DNA of 61,821 bases from Ectothiorhodospiraceae bacterium (GCA_003552345.1 PULM01000043.1:1-61821); one strand, 5' to 3'; positions 22,850 to 34,645 are shown, numbered from the stretch's first letter. Notes: generated by a model not told the origin, from the sequence alone. Numbers and translations are program-made.

Positions 22850-24067
22850 TCAGCCGTCGAAACGGCGCAGCGCCAACGTCGCATTCGTGCCGCCAAAGCC
22901 GAAGCTGTTGGACAGCACGGTGTTCAGGGTCACCCCTTCGCGCGTATCGGTGACGATCGGGGCGTTGCCCGCCTCGGGGTCGAGCTGCTCGATGTTGATC
23001 GACGGCGAGATAAACCCATGCTCCATCATCAACAGGGAGTAGATGACCTCCTGGACACCGGTGGCGCCGAGCGAATGCCCGGTTAGGGACTTGGTGGAGG
23101 ACATCGGCGGCATCTCGTCCCCGAAGACCTCCCGCGTCGCTTCAAGCTCGGTGATATCCCCGGCCGGCGTGCTGGTTCCGTGGGTGTTGATGTAATCCAC
23201 GGGCCCGTCGACTCCTTCCAGGGCCTGGCGCATGCAGCGCGCTGCCCCTTCTCCGGAGGGGGCCACCATGTCGTAGCCGTCGGAGGTGGCGCCGAAGCCG
23301 ACCAACTCGGCCAGGATGGGGGCGCCGCGTGCCTGGGCGTTCTCCAGGGCTTCAACCACGACCATGCCGCCGCCGCCGGCGATGACGAAGCCGTCACGGC
23401 TGGCATCGTACGGCCGGGAAGCCTTCTCGGGGGCATCGTTGTATTTGGTGGACAGCGCCCCCATGCCATCGAACAGCTGGGTCAGGGACCAGTGTTCTTC
23501 CTCACCCCCGCCGGCAAAGATCATGTCCTGCTTGCCCAGCTGGATCTGCTCCATGGCTGCCCCGATGCAGTGGGCACTGGTCGCACAGGCGGAGGTGATG
23601 GAGTAATTGAGCCCCTTGATCCGGAAGGGGGTCGCCAGGCAGGCGGATACGGTGCTCCCCATGGTGCGCGTGACGCCATAAGGGCCGATCTTGCGAACCC
23701 CGCGACTGCGCAGGGTCTCCGTGGCGCTTACGATATTGGCGGTCGAAGCGCCACCGGAGCCGGCGATCAGGCCAACGCGGGGGTCGGAGACCGCATCGTA
23801 GTCGAGGCCCGCGTCTGCGATCGCCTGATCCATGGCGATGTAGCTGTAGGCCGCCGCGTCCCCCATGAACCGCAGCGATTTGCGCGGGATGTGGGCCTGG
23901 AGATCGATGTCGCAGCTGCCGGCGACGAGGCTGCGCAGCCCAACCTCCTCGTATTCGGGTTGGTAACGAATCCCGGATTTGCCGGCCCGCAGGGACGCCG
24001 TGACCTCATCGCGGCTGTTGCCGATGCACGACACGATGCCCAGACCGGTAATTACCACTCGACGCAC
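22850..24067 (-). CDS. fabB: beta-ketoacyl-ACP synthase I
   Basis: [32 protein letters not shown]; follows fabA. Confidence 0.96.
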   Translation of the reverse strand: MRRVVITGLGIVSCIGNSRDEVTASLRAGKSGIRYQPEYEEVGLRSLVAGSCDIDLQAHIPRKSLRFMGDAAAYSYIAMDQAIADAGLDYDAVSDPRVGLIAGSGGASTANIVSATETLRSRGVRKIGPYGVTRTMGSTVSACLATPFRIKGLNYSITSACATSAHCIGAAMEQIQLGKQDMIFAGGGEEEHWSLTQLFDGMGALSTKYNDAPEKASRPYDASRDGFVIAGGGGMVVVEALENAQARGAPILAELVGFGATSDGYDMVAPSGEGAARCMRQALEGVDGPVDYINTHGTSTPAGDITELEATREVFGDEMPPMSSTKSLTGHSLGATGVQEVIYSLLMMEHGFISPSINIEQLDPEAGNAPIVTDTREGVTLNTVLSNSFGFGGTNATLALRRFDG

Positions 24068-24105
24068 GATAATCCTCCTGTCACTCTTGGCGTCCGCGCC
24101 TGACT

Positions 24106-24630
24106 CTACGCTCCGCTCAGCTCGCCGGTGTTCTGGAAAAGCCCGACTTTCAGATCATTCGCTTCGTAGATCACTTGGCCGTCGACCGACACACTGCCGT
24201 CAGCGATCCCCATCACGAGACGGCGGTTGATCACGCGCTTTAGCGCCACATTGTACGTAACCAACCGATTGTCCGGGAGTATCTGCCCGGTAAATTTCAC
24301 CTCACCGCAACCGAGCGCGCGACCGGCCCCGTTGCCTCCGATCCAGCCGAGGTAGAAGCCGACCATCTGCCAGAGGGCGTCCAGGCCCAGGCAGCCCGGC
24401 ATGACCGGGTCACCCGGGAAGTGGCACCGAAAGAACCAGAGCTCGGGGTGGATATCGAGCTCGGCGATCACTTCCCCCTTGCCGTGCGCCCCTCCATCAT
24501 CGTTGATGCGGGTGATGCGGTCGAACATCAGCATGTTCGGGCTCGGCAGCTGCGGGTTGCCCGGGCCGAAGAGCCGGCCATGACCACTGAGCAGGAGTTC
24601 TTCTCGGTTGTAGCTGTGTTGCTTAACCAT
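24106..24630 (-). CDS. fabA: 3-hydroxydecanoyl-ACP dehydratase/isomerase
   Basis: [27 protein letters not shown]. Confidence 0.97.
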   Translation of the reverse strand: MVKQHSYNREELLLSGHGRLFGPGNPQLPSPNMLMFDRITRINDDGGAHGKGEVIAELDIHPELWFFRCHFPGDPVMPGCLGLDALWQMVGFYLGWIGGNGAGRALGCGEVKFTGQILPDNRLVTYNVALKRVINRRLVMGIADGSVSVDGQVIYEANDLKVGLFQNTGELSGA

Positions 24631-24742
24631 GCGACCTTCTTGGAGAGTTCAGCATCGAAAGAGAGGGCGGTTCGCGCCGGTGCGGGCGATATCGTACACA
24701 CTCCGGTGCGAACTAGCCACGCACCAGCTGCCGCAGGTCGGC

Positions 24743-24777
24743 AAAAAAACCCCCCAGCCGGGTAAGGCCGGGGGCTC
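24743..24777 (-). terminator. Intrinsic terminator after the DUF4168-like gene
   Basis: - strand CCCCCGGCC-ttaccc-GGCTGGGGGG followed by T7. Confidence 0.75.
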
Positions 24778-24803
24778 TACGGTACGCGGGCGAGGGTGGC
24801 GCT

Positions 24804-25319
24804 TCAGCCTTCCTCGCGCTCGTGGATCTTGGATGAGACCTCGTCGCGCAGCTCCGGGTCCATGTCCATGGCGTTGGCGATCTCGGAGTACTCCGGCACG
24901 CTCAGGCCATTGTCCTCGATCGCGGCCACCATCTCGTCATTGGCCTGCTCCTGAAGCTCACGGGCCTCTTCGGCGCCGTCCGTTCCCTCAATCTCGGAGG
25001 TGTACTCTTCCTGAATGTCGATGATAGCGAGGTAGGCATCGACAAAGCGCTCGATCTGCTCACTGCTGAAGGTGGCCTGGTCGGGCTCAGGCTGAGCCAT
25101 ACCCGGATCCTGCTGCTCCATCCCGGGCTCCTGCTGTTGCGCGCCCGGCTCCTGTTGCTCCATCCCGGGGTCTTGCTGCTCCATACCCGGATCCTGTTGC
25201 TCCATCCCGGGCTCCTGCTGCTGCATGCCCGGATCCTGCTGGGCCTGCGCACTTACGCTGAACACCAGCGCCAGCGCGGCTGCCGTGGCAGGGAGTTTGA
25301 TCCAGAGTTGGTTCTTCAT
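24804..25319 (-). CDS. Secreted acidic DUF4168-like protein with heptapeptide repeats
   Basis: Sec signal (…SAQA), 7x (E/Q)QQ(D/E)PGM, C-domain FSSEQIERFVDAY...GLSVPEYSEI...DPELR resembling DUF4168. Confidence 0.75.
   Translation of the reverse strand: MKNQLWIKLPATAAALALVFSVSAQAQQDPGMQQQEPGMEQQDPGMEQQDPGMEQQEPGAQQQEPGMEQQDPGMAQPEPDQATFSSEQIERFVDAYLAIIDIQEEYTSEIEGTDGAEEARELQEQANDEMVAAIEDNGLSVPEYSEIANAMDMDPELRDEVSSKIHEREEG
25098..25244 (-). repeat. 7 x 21-bp coding tandem repeat
   Basis: Imperfect unit CAT(A/C)CC(C/G)GG(A/C)TCCTG(C/T)TGCTC on the + strand, period 21. Confidence 0.92.
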
Positions 25320-25538
25320 GCTGAGGACTCCTCTTGCAACCTTCTGCGAAATTCACATGCCGCCACTGCGGGGCCTGAATGGCCCCTTACCAGGCGCACT
25401 GCACTATGCGACACCGACACCGGCGCCCGGGTTCCCGGCCGGCAGAGGAGGTACCCGTGTGAAGACGACGCGCGGTGTTGCTTCAGGTAGAATCATACGG
25501 TTTTGGACCCTGTCTATTCACCCCGGTCAGGAGACTCG

Positions 25539-27092
<1,554 letters not shown>

Positions 27093-27107
27093 CCGAGAGC
27101 GGTCCTT

Positions 27108-28307
27108 CTAGGCAGCGATGAGTCGCTCGATGATGCGTGCGCCGGCCAGGTAAGTACCGATCGCCGAGCCCAACGAGGCAAAGAAGAACACGAGCAGCGT
27201 ACGGGCGACTCGATTGGTCCACCATCCCCGCCAGTGGGCCACGTGCTGACGCAGTGCCCGGAAGTCGCCAACCCGGGGGCGGCGGACGGTTAGCTCGATG
27301 GCGGCGGCAACAAAGCCGGCACCGATGGTCGGGTTGAGGGACGTCAGCGGCGCGGCCAGGAAGGCACCACCGACGGTGACCGGGTGGCCATAGGCGAGGG
27401 CCGCGCCCAGCGCCGAGAAGCCGCCGTTGATCAGCACCCAGGTCGCCACGAGGGTCCACCCCAACTCCGGGCTTCGGCTGAATCCGATGATAAAGCCGGA
27501 AATAATGACGATAGCCACCAGGTAGGCCAGGTAGCGGGGCCAGCGTGCCGGCGGCGGCATCTGCTCCAGGGCCTCGCGCTCGGTCTGCGGGTCATTCGCG
27601 GGTTCGCTCAGATAGCGGGCCACCCCCTCCAGGTGGCCGGCACCCAGAACGACCAGCACGCGCTTGTAGCGACCGGCAGCGGACTCCAGGAGTCGGGCCG
27701 CCATATACCGGTCGCGTTCGTCAATCAGAGGCTGATAGAGAGCACGACTGCTCTGGGCCAGTTCACGGAAGGTGGATTCCAACAGATCGCCCTGTTTGAG
27801 GCGCTCGACCTCGTCGCTGCTGATCCGCTGTGACGAGGCCAGGCTGCCAACGAGGCCGCCGATCAGACCGAAGCGTTGCCACCACGGGACATTCCGGTAG
27901 AGGCGGCGCATGGTCACGCCGACCTCCCGGTCGACCAGCACCAGATCAGCCCCTTGCTGTTCCGCGCCGGCGGCGGCGGCTTTCATCTCGGCCCCCGGGT
28001 CCACGCCCAGCTGCTCGGCCAGGCGCTGTTGATACGCGCCCAGGGCCAGGCTGGCCATAACCAACCCGCCGCGGCCCTCGCGCAGGGTCTGGAACAGGTC
28101 CATCCGCTCGAGGTGATCGGGATCGCGGAAGGCTCGCAACCGGCTCTCGCACAATTCGATGGCTACGGCGTCATAGGCGCCGCTGGCCACCTCAGCCTCG
28201 ACCTCCTCGGTACTCGCCCGGGATATGTGGGCGGTGCCCAGAAGAACGAATTCTGTACCGTGGACGGTTACATGCTTGCGCGGACCGCGCGGCTTGGTTT
28301 CTGGCAT
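27108..28307 (-). CDS. TraB/PrgY/GumN family protein with C-terminal TM helices
   Basis: LLGTAHIS, AIELCESR, PGAEM, DERDRYMA and GAGHLEG motifs. Confidence 0.88.
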   Translation of the reverse strand: MPETKPRGPRKHVTVHGTEFVLLGTAHISRASTEEVEAEVASGAYDAVAIELCESRLRAFRDPDHLERMDLFQTLREGRGGLVMASLALGAYQQRLAEQLGVDPGAEMKAAAAGAEQQGADLVLVDREVGVTMRRLYRNVPWWQRFGLIGGLVGSLASSQRISSDEVERLKQGDLLESTFRELAQSSRALYQPLIDERDRYMAARLLESAAGRYKRVLVVLGAGHLEGVARYLSEPANDPQTEREALEQMPPPARWPRYLAYLVAIVIISGFIIGFSRSPELGWTLVATWVLINGGFSALGAALAYGHPVTVGGAFLAAPLTSLNPTIGAGFVAAAIELTVRRPRVGDFRALRQHVAHWRGWWTNRVARTLLVFFFASLGSAIGTYLAGARIIERLIAA

Positions 28308-28380
28308 GATCGGCTTTCCTGTGGCAACGGCCGTGGATTATGACTCAGGCAACACCGGGTGCCCAAGCGAGGGGGGAGAT

Positions 28381-29133
28381 GTGAGATGGCTGCGTGACCG
28401 TCGTCGCCGCCGCGTGGCCCGGCGCTATCGGGTCTCGGCCGGCGCCTGGAGCCGCGCCGAGGCGGCGCTGCCCGGGCTGCGCCGTATGCAGCCGGCGCAG
28501 CGCGAGCGCCTGGCGGCAACGGCTGCGGCACTGATTGACGAGAAACGGTTCGAAGGCCTCGCCGGGGTCGAGGTCGACAGACTGGCCGTTGATACGGTCG
28601 CGCTCCAGGCCGCAGTGCCGGTCCTTGAACTGGGGCTGGACTGGTACGCGCCGTGGACCACGGTCTTGTTGTACCCGGCCGGTTTTATCGCAACCCATGA
28701 ATACGAAGATGAAGATGGCATCGTCCATATCGAGGAGGGGCCGCTGATCGGGGAGGCATGGGAGGGTGGCCCGTTGGTCTTGTCGCTGGAGGATGCGCTG
28801 GCCCCGGAGCCGGGGAGTAGTGTGGTGATCCACGAGTGCGCCCACAAACTCGACATGGGGCAGGGCACGGTCAATGGCCTCCCACCCTTGCCCCAGGGCA
28901 TGACGGTAGAGGAGTGGTCGGCGGCCTTCCTGCCCGCCTTCCAGACCATGGAGGGATACGCAGCGGAAGAGCAAGAGGGCAGTGCACCCATCGACCCCTA
29001 TGCCGGGCAGGACCCGGGCGAGTTCTTTGCGGTCGCCTCGGAGACCTTCTTCGCGGATCCACGCCGACTGCGCCGCGCTTTCCCGGCCGTCTATGAGCAG
29101 CTCAGGCGTTTCTACGGTTGGTCGCTGGATTGA
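28381..29133 (+). CDS. mtfA: MtfA-like M90 zinc metallopeptidase
   Basis: LLYPAGF, GEAWEGGPLVLS, HECAHKLD zinc motif, DPYA..DPGEFFAV. Confidence 0.85.
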   Translation: MRWLRDRRRRRVARRYRVSAGAWSRAEAALPGLRRMQPAQRERLAATAAALIDEKRFEGLAGVEVDRLAVDTVALQAAVPVLELGLDWYAPWTTVLLYPAGFIATHEYEDEDGIVHIEEGPLIGEAWEGGPLVLSLEDALAPEPGSSVVIHECAHKLDMGQGTVNGLPPLPQGMTVEEWSAAFLPAFQTMEGYAAEEQEGSAPIDPYAGQDPGEFFAVASETFFADPRRLRRAFPAVYEQLRRFYGWSLD

Positions 29134-29146
29134 CCCGGGCGCTCGT

Positions 29147-29179
29147 GCTGGACGCGGCGCGCCGTGCGCCGCGTCCAGC
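29147..29179. terminator. GC hairpin between convergent mtfA and prpE
   Basis: GCTGGACGCGGCGC-N5-GCGCCGCGTCCAGC, 14-bp perfect stem. Confidence 0.6.
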
Positions 29180-29187
29180 CGTTGGTC

Positions 29188-31089
29188 TCAGGCGTAGCGC
29201 CCCAGGTTGTGGGCCCGGATGGCGTCCGCGATCTCGTCCAGGCTGGAGACGTCGTCGATGGTTGAAGGGGTGGGGACCTCCTCCCGCGCCTCTTTCGCCA
29301 GCGTCCGGATGCTCTTGCGCAGGATCTTCCCGGAGCGGGTCTTGGGCAGCTTCTGGACGACTGCGACACGGCGCAGGGAGGCAATGGCACCGATCTCATT
29401 GCGGATCATGCTGGTCAGGTCCGCCTCGATCTGCTCCTGCTCAATGTCACTGCCGTCCTTGAGCACGACGAAGGCCACCGGCAACTCCCCTTTGGTGTCG
29501 TCGTGAATACCGACCACCGCGCACTCGGCCACCGCCGAATGATCGCCGATGACCTCTTCCATCTCGCCGGTCGAAAGGCGATGGCCAGCCACATTGATGA
29601 CATCATCGACACGACCCATCACGTAGACATAGCCATCCTCGTCGATGAAACCGCCATCCGAGGTGTCGTAGTAGCCCGGGAAGCGGTCCAAATACGATTT
29701 GCGAAAGCGGGCCTCATCATTCCACAGGGTTGGCAGACACCCCGGTGGTAGCGGCAGCCGTATCGCCAGATTGCCCTGTTCGCCGGCCGGAAGCTCGCGC
29801 CCGGAGTCGTCGAGCACCCGGATGTCGTAGCCGGCCATCGGCAGTGTGGCGGAACCGCTCTTGACAGGCATGGGTTCAATGCCCATCGGATTGGCAACGA
29901 TCGGCCAGCCGGTTTCGGTCTGCCACCAGTGATCAATCACCGGCCGTTGCAGCGTCTGCGCTAGCCACTCGTAGGTGGGTGGATCGAGGCGCTCCCCGGC
30001 GACAAAGACGTTCTCCAGGCAGGAGATATCGTAGCGCTGCAAGTGCTGCGCCTCGGGGTCTTCCTTCTTGATGGCGCGAAAGGCGGTGGGCGCCGTGAAG
30101 AAGGCCTTTGCCCGGTACTCGGAGATGACCCGCCAGAACGCGCCCGCATCGGGGGTCCGAACCGGCTTGCCCTCGTAGACCACCGTCGTGCAGCCGCGAA
30201 TCAGCGGTCCATAGACGATATAGGAATGGCCGACCACCCAACCCACGTCGGAGGCCGTCCAGAAGACATCACCGGGGTGCAGATCGTAGACCGCCCCCAG
30301 GCTCCAATTCAGTGCCACCGCATAGCCGCCGCTGTCGCGGACGACCCCCTTGGGTTTTCCGGTGGTGCCCGAGGTGTAGAGGATGTAGAGCGGATGCGTG
30401 GCATCCACCGACACCGGATCGGCCGGGCTGGCCCGCTCCATCAGGGTCCCCCAGTCCAGGTCGCGTTCACTCGCCCAGTCCACCTCCGCCTCGGGGCGGC
30501 TGACGTAGACGACGCAATCCGGGGCGTGTTTTGCCCGGCGCAGGGCCTCGGTAACCAGTGGCTGATAGGGGATCACCCGATCGACCTCGATCCCGCAGCT
30601 TGCGGTGAGGACGACCCGCGGGGCCGCATCGTCGATACGCACGGCGAGCTCATTGGCGGCGAAGCCGCCGAAAACCACCGAGTGGATTGCCCCCAGTCGT
30701 GCGCAGGCAAGCATCGCGATGACCGCCTCCGGGATCATCGGCATGTAGATGACCACGCGGTCCCCCTGGCCGACGCCCAGATCGCGCAGCATGCCGGCGG
30801 CCTGGGCTACCTCGTCTCGCAATTGCCGATAGGTGTACTGTGCCCGTGCACCACTGACCGGCGAGTCGTAGAGTAGGGCGGCCTGGTCGCCGCGGCCGGC
30901 ATCGACGTGGGCATCGAGGGCAAGCTGGGCGACATTGAGCTCTCCGCCCTGGAACCATCGCTGCCGACCCTGTTCATCCTGGCTGAGGGCGGCGGTGGGC
31001 TCCGTCATCCACTGCAGGCGCCTCGCCTCACCTAACCAGAAGGTCTCTGGATCATTGATCGACGCCCGCCACGTCTCCTGGTAGCTCAT
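29188..31089 (-). CDS. prpE: Propionyl-CoA synthetase (acetate/propionate--CoA ligase family)
   Basis: YTSGTTGKPKG, SDVGWVVGHSY, DHWWQTETG, LPKTRSGKILR. Confidence 0.85.
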   Translation of the reverse strand: MSYQETWRASINDPETFWLGEARRLQWMTEPTAALSQDEQGRQRWFQGGELNVAQLALDAHVDAGRGDQAALLYDSPVSGARAQYTYRQLRDEVAQAAGMLRDLGVGQGDRVVIYMPMIPEAVIAMLACARLGAIHSVVFGGFAANELAVRIDDAAPRVVLTASCGIEVDRVIPYQPLVTEALRRAKHAPDCVVYVSRPEAEVDWASERDLDWGTLMERASPADPVSVDATHPLYILYTSGTTGKPKGVVRDSGGYAVALNWSLGAVYDLHPGDVFWTASDVGWVVGHSYIVYGPLIRGCTTVVYEGKPVRTPDAGAFWRVISEYRAKAFFTAPTAFRAIKKEDPEAQHLQRYDISCLENVFVAGERLDPPTYEWLAQTLQRPVIDHWWQTETGWPIVANPMGIEPMPVKSGSATLPMAGYDIRVLDDSGRELPAGEQGNLAIRLPLPPGCLPTLWNDEARFRKSYLDRFPGYYDTSDGGFIDEDGYVYVMGRVDDVINVAGHRLSTGEMEEVIGDHSAVAECAVVGIHDDTKGELPVAFVVLKDGSDIEQEQIEADLTSMIRNEIGAIASLRRVAVVQKLPKTRSGKILRKSIRTLAKEAREEVPTPSTIDDVSSLDEIADAIRAHNLGRYA

Positions 31090-31241
31090 ACTGGATCCCC
31101 TCCCTGCGTTGGGGTGTCGCCGACCCCCGAACTTATGCTTGTTATCGGTCAGCGCTTCTGCTTGCGCCGCCTCGATCAATGTAACCCTGGTCCAGCCTGC
31201 AGGGAAGGGATTGAGCGCTTTTAACTTATTGATTCGCCGTG

Positions 31242-31874
31242 TTAATAATGGTTGTCCGGGTTGCCTCTAATGCGCGCAATAATCTCCCGGGCGCACTGTT
31301 CGACAAAGTCGGTGATTTCGTCGTGGCCGTCGAGATCGAGGCACGGCAGACCAGCTGGAACGGCCCCGGGCTCGTCTGTGGCGATCGCGAGTAGCCCTGG
31401 CGCTCGAAAGTCGGGGCGGTCGGCCCCGGTCCGTTGACTGTGAACGAGCAACTGCCCGGCGCCGCTGTGCCGGAATCCCTCGGCGAGGATGACATCCGCC
31501 CGCTGGGGGTCGATGGCACTTAGGCGGGTAGCCAGCAAGTCGTCGTTCTCGTCGGCGGTCGGCGTCTCCGTTAACAGGGCCCAGCGCCGTGCGGAGACCA
31601 CCAGGACCTGCTCGGATCCGGCCTCACGCGCCCGGTGGCTGTCCTTGCCGGGGCGATCCATGTCGAAGCCGTGATGAGCATGTTTGACCATCGCCGGTGA
31701 CCAGCCCCGGCGGCGCAGCCGCGCGATCAGTGCCGTCGACAGAGTGGGCTTGCCAGAGCCCGAGTGGCCGGTTATCGCGATGACTGGCAGAGGGCAGGGC
31801 AGCTGGGCCGCGCGATCCAGCGCGTGCTCAGGGGGAAGCGGGCAGGGGCCTTGTCGGCCTGGTGGTGCATCCAC
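31242..31874 (-). CDS. mobB: Molybdopterin-guanine dinucleotide biosynthesis protein B
   Basis: GHSGSGKPT P-loop, VKHAHHGFDMDRPGKDS, AEGFR; GTG start with AGGAG RBS. Confidence 0.85.
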   Translation of the reverse strand: MDAPPGRQGPCPLPPEHALDRAAQLPCPLPVIAITGHSGSGKPTLSTALIARLRRRGWSPAMVKHAHHGFDMDRPGKDSHRAREAGSEQVLVVSARRWALLTETPTADENDDLLATRLSAIDPQRADVILAEGFRHSGAGQLLVHSQRTGADRPDFRAPGLLAIATDEPGAVPAGLPCLDLDGHDEITDFVEQCAREIIARIRGNPDNHY

Positions 31875-31975
31875 GGTGTTGCTCCTGTGTACACGGACGA
31901 AAAGTCCTAGAATAGCGAACGAACTGGGAGGCGGTTGACCGTCGGGTTGCCGTCGAGAGGGCATGGGCCAATATC

Positions 31976-32953
31976 ATGCGTGTAGTCTTTCTTGATGCCG
32001 GATCCCTGGACCTTGGCGACTTGGATCTAGGGCCGCTGCAGCGGGCGGCCGACCCGCTCGAGTGTTATCCCCGCACCCGCCCCGAGGCCTTGCTACCGAG
32101 GCTAGCGTCGGCCGAGGCGGCGATCGTGAATAAAGTCGTGCTTGATGCCGATACACTGCGCCGTCTGCCTCGGCTGCGCCTGATCGCCGTGGCAGCTACC
32201 GGAACCAACAATGTTGACCTGGATGCCGCACGCGAGCTTGGCATCACCGTCACCAACTGCCAGGGCTATGGCACCGCCGCGGTAGCTCAGCATACGCTGG
32301 CCCTGATGCTGAACCATTTCACCCGCATCCCTGAGGCGACTGCGCGCGTCTGTGAAGGGGCGTGGTCGCGCAGCGCGCATTTCAGTCTGATCGATCCGGG
32401 CCAGCGTGAGATCGCCGGCCGCCGCCTGGGGATTGTTGGCTACGGGACGCTTGGAAGGCAGGTGGCGGCGTATGCCGAGGCCCTGGGCATGGATGTCTGG
32501 GTGTCCGAACGACCCGATGCCGTCAGCTGCCGGGCAGGGCGCGTACCATTCCATGATTTGTTGCCGGAGGTGGATGTCCTCAGCCTGCACTGCCCGCTGA
32601 GCGAGACGACCGCCGGGTTGATCGATGGGCGAGTTCTTCAGCGAATGCGCGGGGACGCGTTGTTGGTCAACACCGCCCGGGGCGGACTCGTGGATGAGTC
32701 TGCGCTGCTACAGGCGTTACAAAGCGGGGAGATCGGCGCCGCCGCGGTCGACGTCCTGAGCCAGGAACCGCCACCTGCGGATCACCCGATGGTCATCGCG
32801 GCGCTGCCGAATCTGGTGATTACACCGCACAGTGCATGGGCGGCGCTGGAGGCCAGGCAGCGCATCGTTGATCAGCTCCATCGGATTCTGGTGGCCTTTG
32901 CCGACGGGGCTGTGCCGCCCAACCGGGTTGCCGGCCCGGATGACGGCCGTTGA
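31976..32953 (+). CDS. hprA: D-2-hydroxyacid dehydrogenase (glycerate dehydrogenase/hydroxypyruvate reductase-like)
   Basis: ATGTNNVD, GYGTLG, SLHCPL, NTARGGLVDE, TPHSAW. Confidence 0.8.
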   Translation: MRVVFLDAGSLDLGDLDLGPLQRAADPLECYPRTRPEALLPRLASAEAAIVNKVVLDADTLRRLPRLRLIAVAATGTNNVDLDAARELGITVTNCQGYGTAAVAQHTLALMLNHFTRIPEATARVCEGAWSRSAHFSLIDPGQREIAGRRLGIVGYGTLGRQVAAYAEALGMDVWVSERPDAVSCRAGRVPFHDLLPEVDVLSLHCPLSETTAGLIDGRVLQRMRGDALLVNTARGGLVDESALLQALQSGEIGAAAVDVLSQEPPPADHPMVIAALPNLVITPHSAWAALEARQRIVDQLHRILVAFADGAVPPNRVAGPDDGR

Positions 32954-32973
32954 CTGCTATGAAGGAGCGGGAG

Positions 32974-33747
32974 ATGAAGTGGCAGGAAGATGATCTCGTT
33001 GTGGTGACTGGGGGTGGCAGCGGGCTCGGCCGGGCGCTGGTGCGCGGGCTTGCCAGAGACGGAGCCCAAGTGCTCACGGTGGGGCGGCGGTCAGAGCCCC
33101 TGAGCGAGACGGCCAGTGCCGACCCGGAACGGATCCGGGTGCTGAGCGCGGATATCGCCAAGGCGGAGGATCGCGTCCGGATCGCGAAGGCCACTGAGGG
33201 GTATCGCATCCGGGCCCTGGTTCACAACGCGGGGCTGCTCGATCCAGTAGGGCCGCTCAGCGAGGTGGATCTGGAGGCGTGGCAACAGGCCATGAAGGTC
33301 AATGTGGAGGCGCCGGTCTTCCTCACCCAAGGGCTGCTACCCGGGATGGAACGCGGCAGTCGCATCCTGCATATCTCTTCCGGAGCGGCACACAAGCCGT
33401 CCATGGGTTGGGGGGCTTACTGCACCAGCAAGGCCGCGCTGTTCATGGCCTATCAGGTTTATCGGGATGAACTCTGGCGCCACGGCGTCCTGGTGGGCTC
33501 CGTGCGACCTGGGGTCATCGACACCCCGATGCAGCATCACATCCGTACCCAGACGCCGGAGCGCTTCCCGGCCGTGGACCGGTTCATCAAGCTCAAGCAG
33601 AACGGCCAGCTCCACACGCCGGAGGATGCCGCCGACTTCGTCCAGTGGGCGCTGCTCGAGACAGGCGACAAGCAGTTCATCGAACAGGAGTGGAACATCA
33701 GCGACGAGGAGCACGCGCAGCGCTGGCGTGAGACCCGACAGGTCTGA
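32974..33747 (+). CDS. Short-chain dehydrogenase, sepiapterin/benzil reductase-like
   Basis: TGGGSGLG, HNAG, ISSGAA, WGAYCTSK, PGVIDTPMQ; start could be 32950, 32959 or 32974. Confidence 0.8.
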   Translation: MKWQEDDLVVVTGGGSGLGRALVRGLARDGAQVLTVGRRSEPLSETASADPERIRVLSADIAKAEDRVRIAKATEGYRIRALVHNAGLLDPVGPLSEVDLEAWQQAMKVNVEAPVFLTQGLLPGMERGSRILHISSGAAHKPSMGWGAYCTSKAALFMAYQVYRDELWRHGVLVGSVRPGVIDTPMQHHIRTQTPERFPAVDRFIKLKQNGQLHTPEDAADFVQWALLETGDKQFIEQEWNISDEEHAQRWRETRQV

Positions 33748-34046
33748 GCACAGCGACACCCTGCAGCGCAATGGAATATTTTTTTCGTTAATGACGGCTG
33801 AGTCAGGGATCACAGCACAGGCTATCGTTGTCCCACCTGGTGCGCACCCAGCTTGTTGGCCCCGCGGGTAACCGTCTACGGGGTATTGTTGTACAAAAGT
33901 TGTACAGATAGGCTGCGGGCGCAGTGGCTGAAACAATTCGCCACACCCTGCCTCCCGGCTGCGGCGTTTGGGTCGGGAGACCTCTGTGAATGGCCGGCCA
34001 GGGCTAAAGGCCCGCAGGCCGGCGCATCCGAGCGATGGGAGGACTC

Positions 34047-34613
34047 ATGGAGCAGCGCACCATCTATGTCTGGGACCCGGTGGTTCGTGGCAGTCACTGG
34101 CTGATTACGTTCCTCTTTGCGGCGTCGTTCTTCACCGCGGTGATTGGCGAGATGCCTGCCCACCTGTGGGTCAGTTACTTGCTGACCGTGGTCGTGCTGG
34201 CGCGGATCGTCTGGGGATTCGTCGGGCCGCCACAGGCACGTTTCTCGCACTTCGTGCCGGGGCCGCGTGCGTTGATGGCGCATCTGCGTGCGATGAGCAC
34301 CGGAGAGGATCGTCGCTATCTCGGCCATCCCCCACAGGGCGGTGTGATGGCGGTGGTCCTGCTCCTGGGGCTGGTGATCGCGTCCGTATCGGGCATGATG
34401 CTGCCGGCGCTGGATCGCGGCGCGGGGCCGCTTGGGTTCCTGTACGGCGCGCAGCTGCCCGGGGAGGTGATCGCGGATGTGCACATCGTCGGCTCCTACA
34501 CGCTGCTGGCATTGGTCGGCATGCACATCCTGGGCGTGACGCTCTCCGGCCGGCGTGAGAATCAGAACCTGACCGCTGGCATGGTGGATGGTTACAAGCG
34601 GCCCGGCAGTTGA
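34047..34613 (+). CDS. Stand-alone di-haem cytochrome b (hydrogenase cyt b/b561-like family)
   Basis: VWDPVVRGSHW, RIVWGFVG..ARF, GHPP.G; four TM helices with four His. Confidence 0.85.
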   Translation: MEQRTIYVWDPVVRGSHWLITFLFAASFFTAVIGEMPAHLWVSYLLTVVVLARIVWGFVGPPQARFSHFVPGPRALMAHLRAMSTGEDRRYLGHPPQGGVMAVVLLLGLVIASVSGMMLPALDRGAGPLGFLYGAQLPGEVIADVHIVGSYTLLALVGMHILGVTLSGRRENQNLTAGMVDGYKRPGS

Positions 34614-34645
34614 GTGGAGAGGGAGAGGGCCGCAAGCGAGCCAAC

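Noticed and set aside
24690-24716. FabR/DesT operator upstream of fabA
   Set aside because: Only a CGTACAC half-site with non-canonical spacing; it is explained equally well by a - strand -10 (TACGAT).
25098-25244. Periodic repeat as a possible CRISPR array
   Set aside because: The 21-bp units are contiguous with no spacers, lie in frame within a CDS, and no cas genes are present.
27108-28307. TraB as evidence of conjugation
   Set aside because: This is the widespread chromosomal TraB/PrgY/GumN family; no T4SS or relaxase genes are present.
33781-33808. Second dif-like site that would make the cytochrome b gene a dif module
   Set aside because: Only a loose XerC-like half (TTTTCGTTAA); no XerD arm.
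33887-33906. PpsR/CrtJ (TGT-N12-ACA) or NifA (TGT-N10-ACA) site
   Set aside because: The observed spacings are N11 and N14, matching neither.
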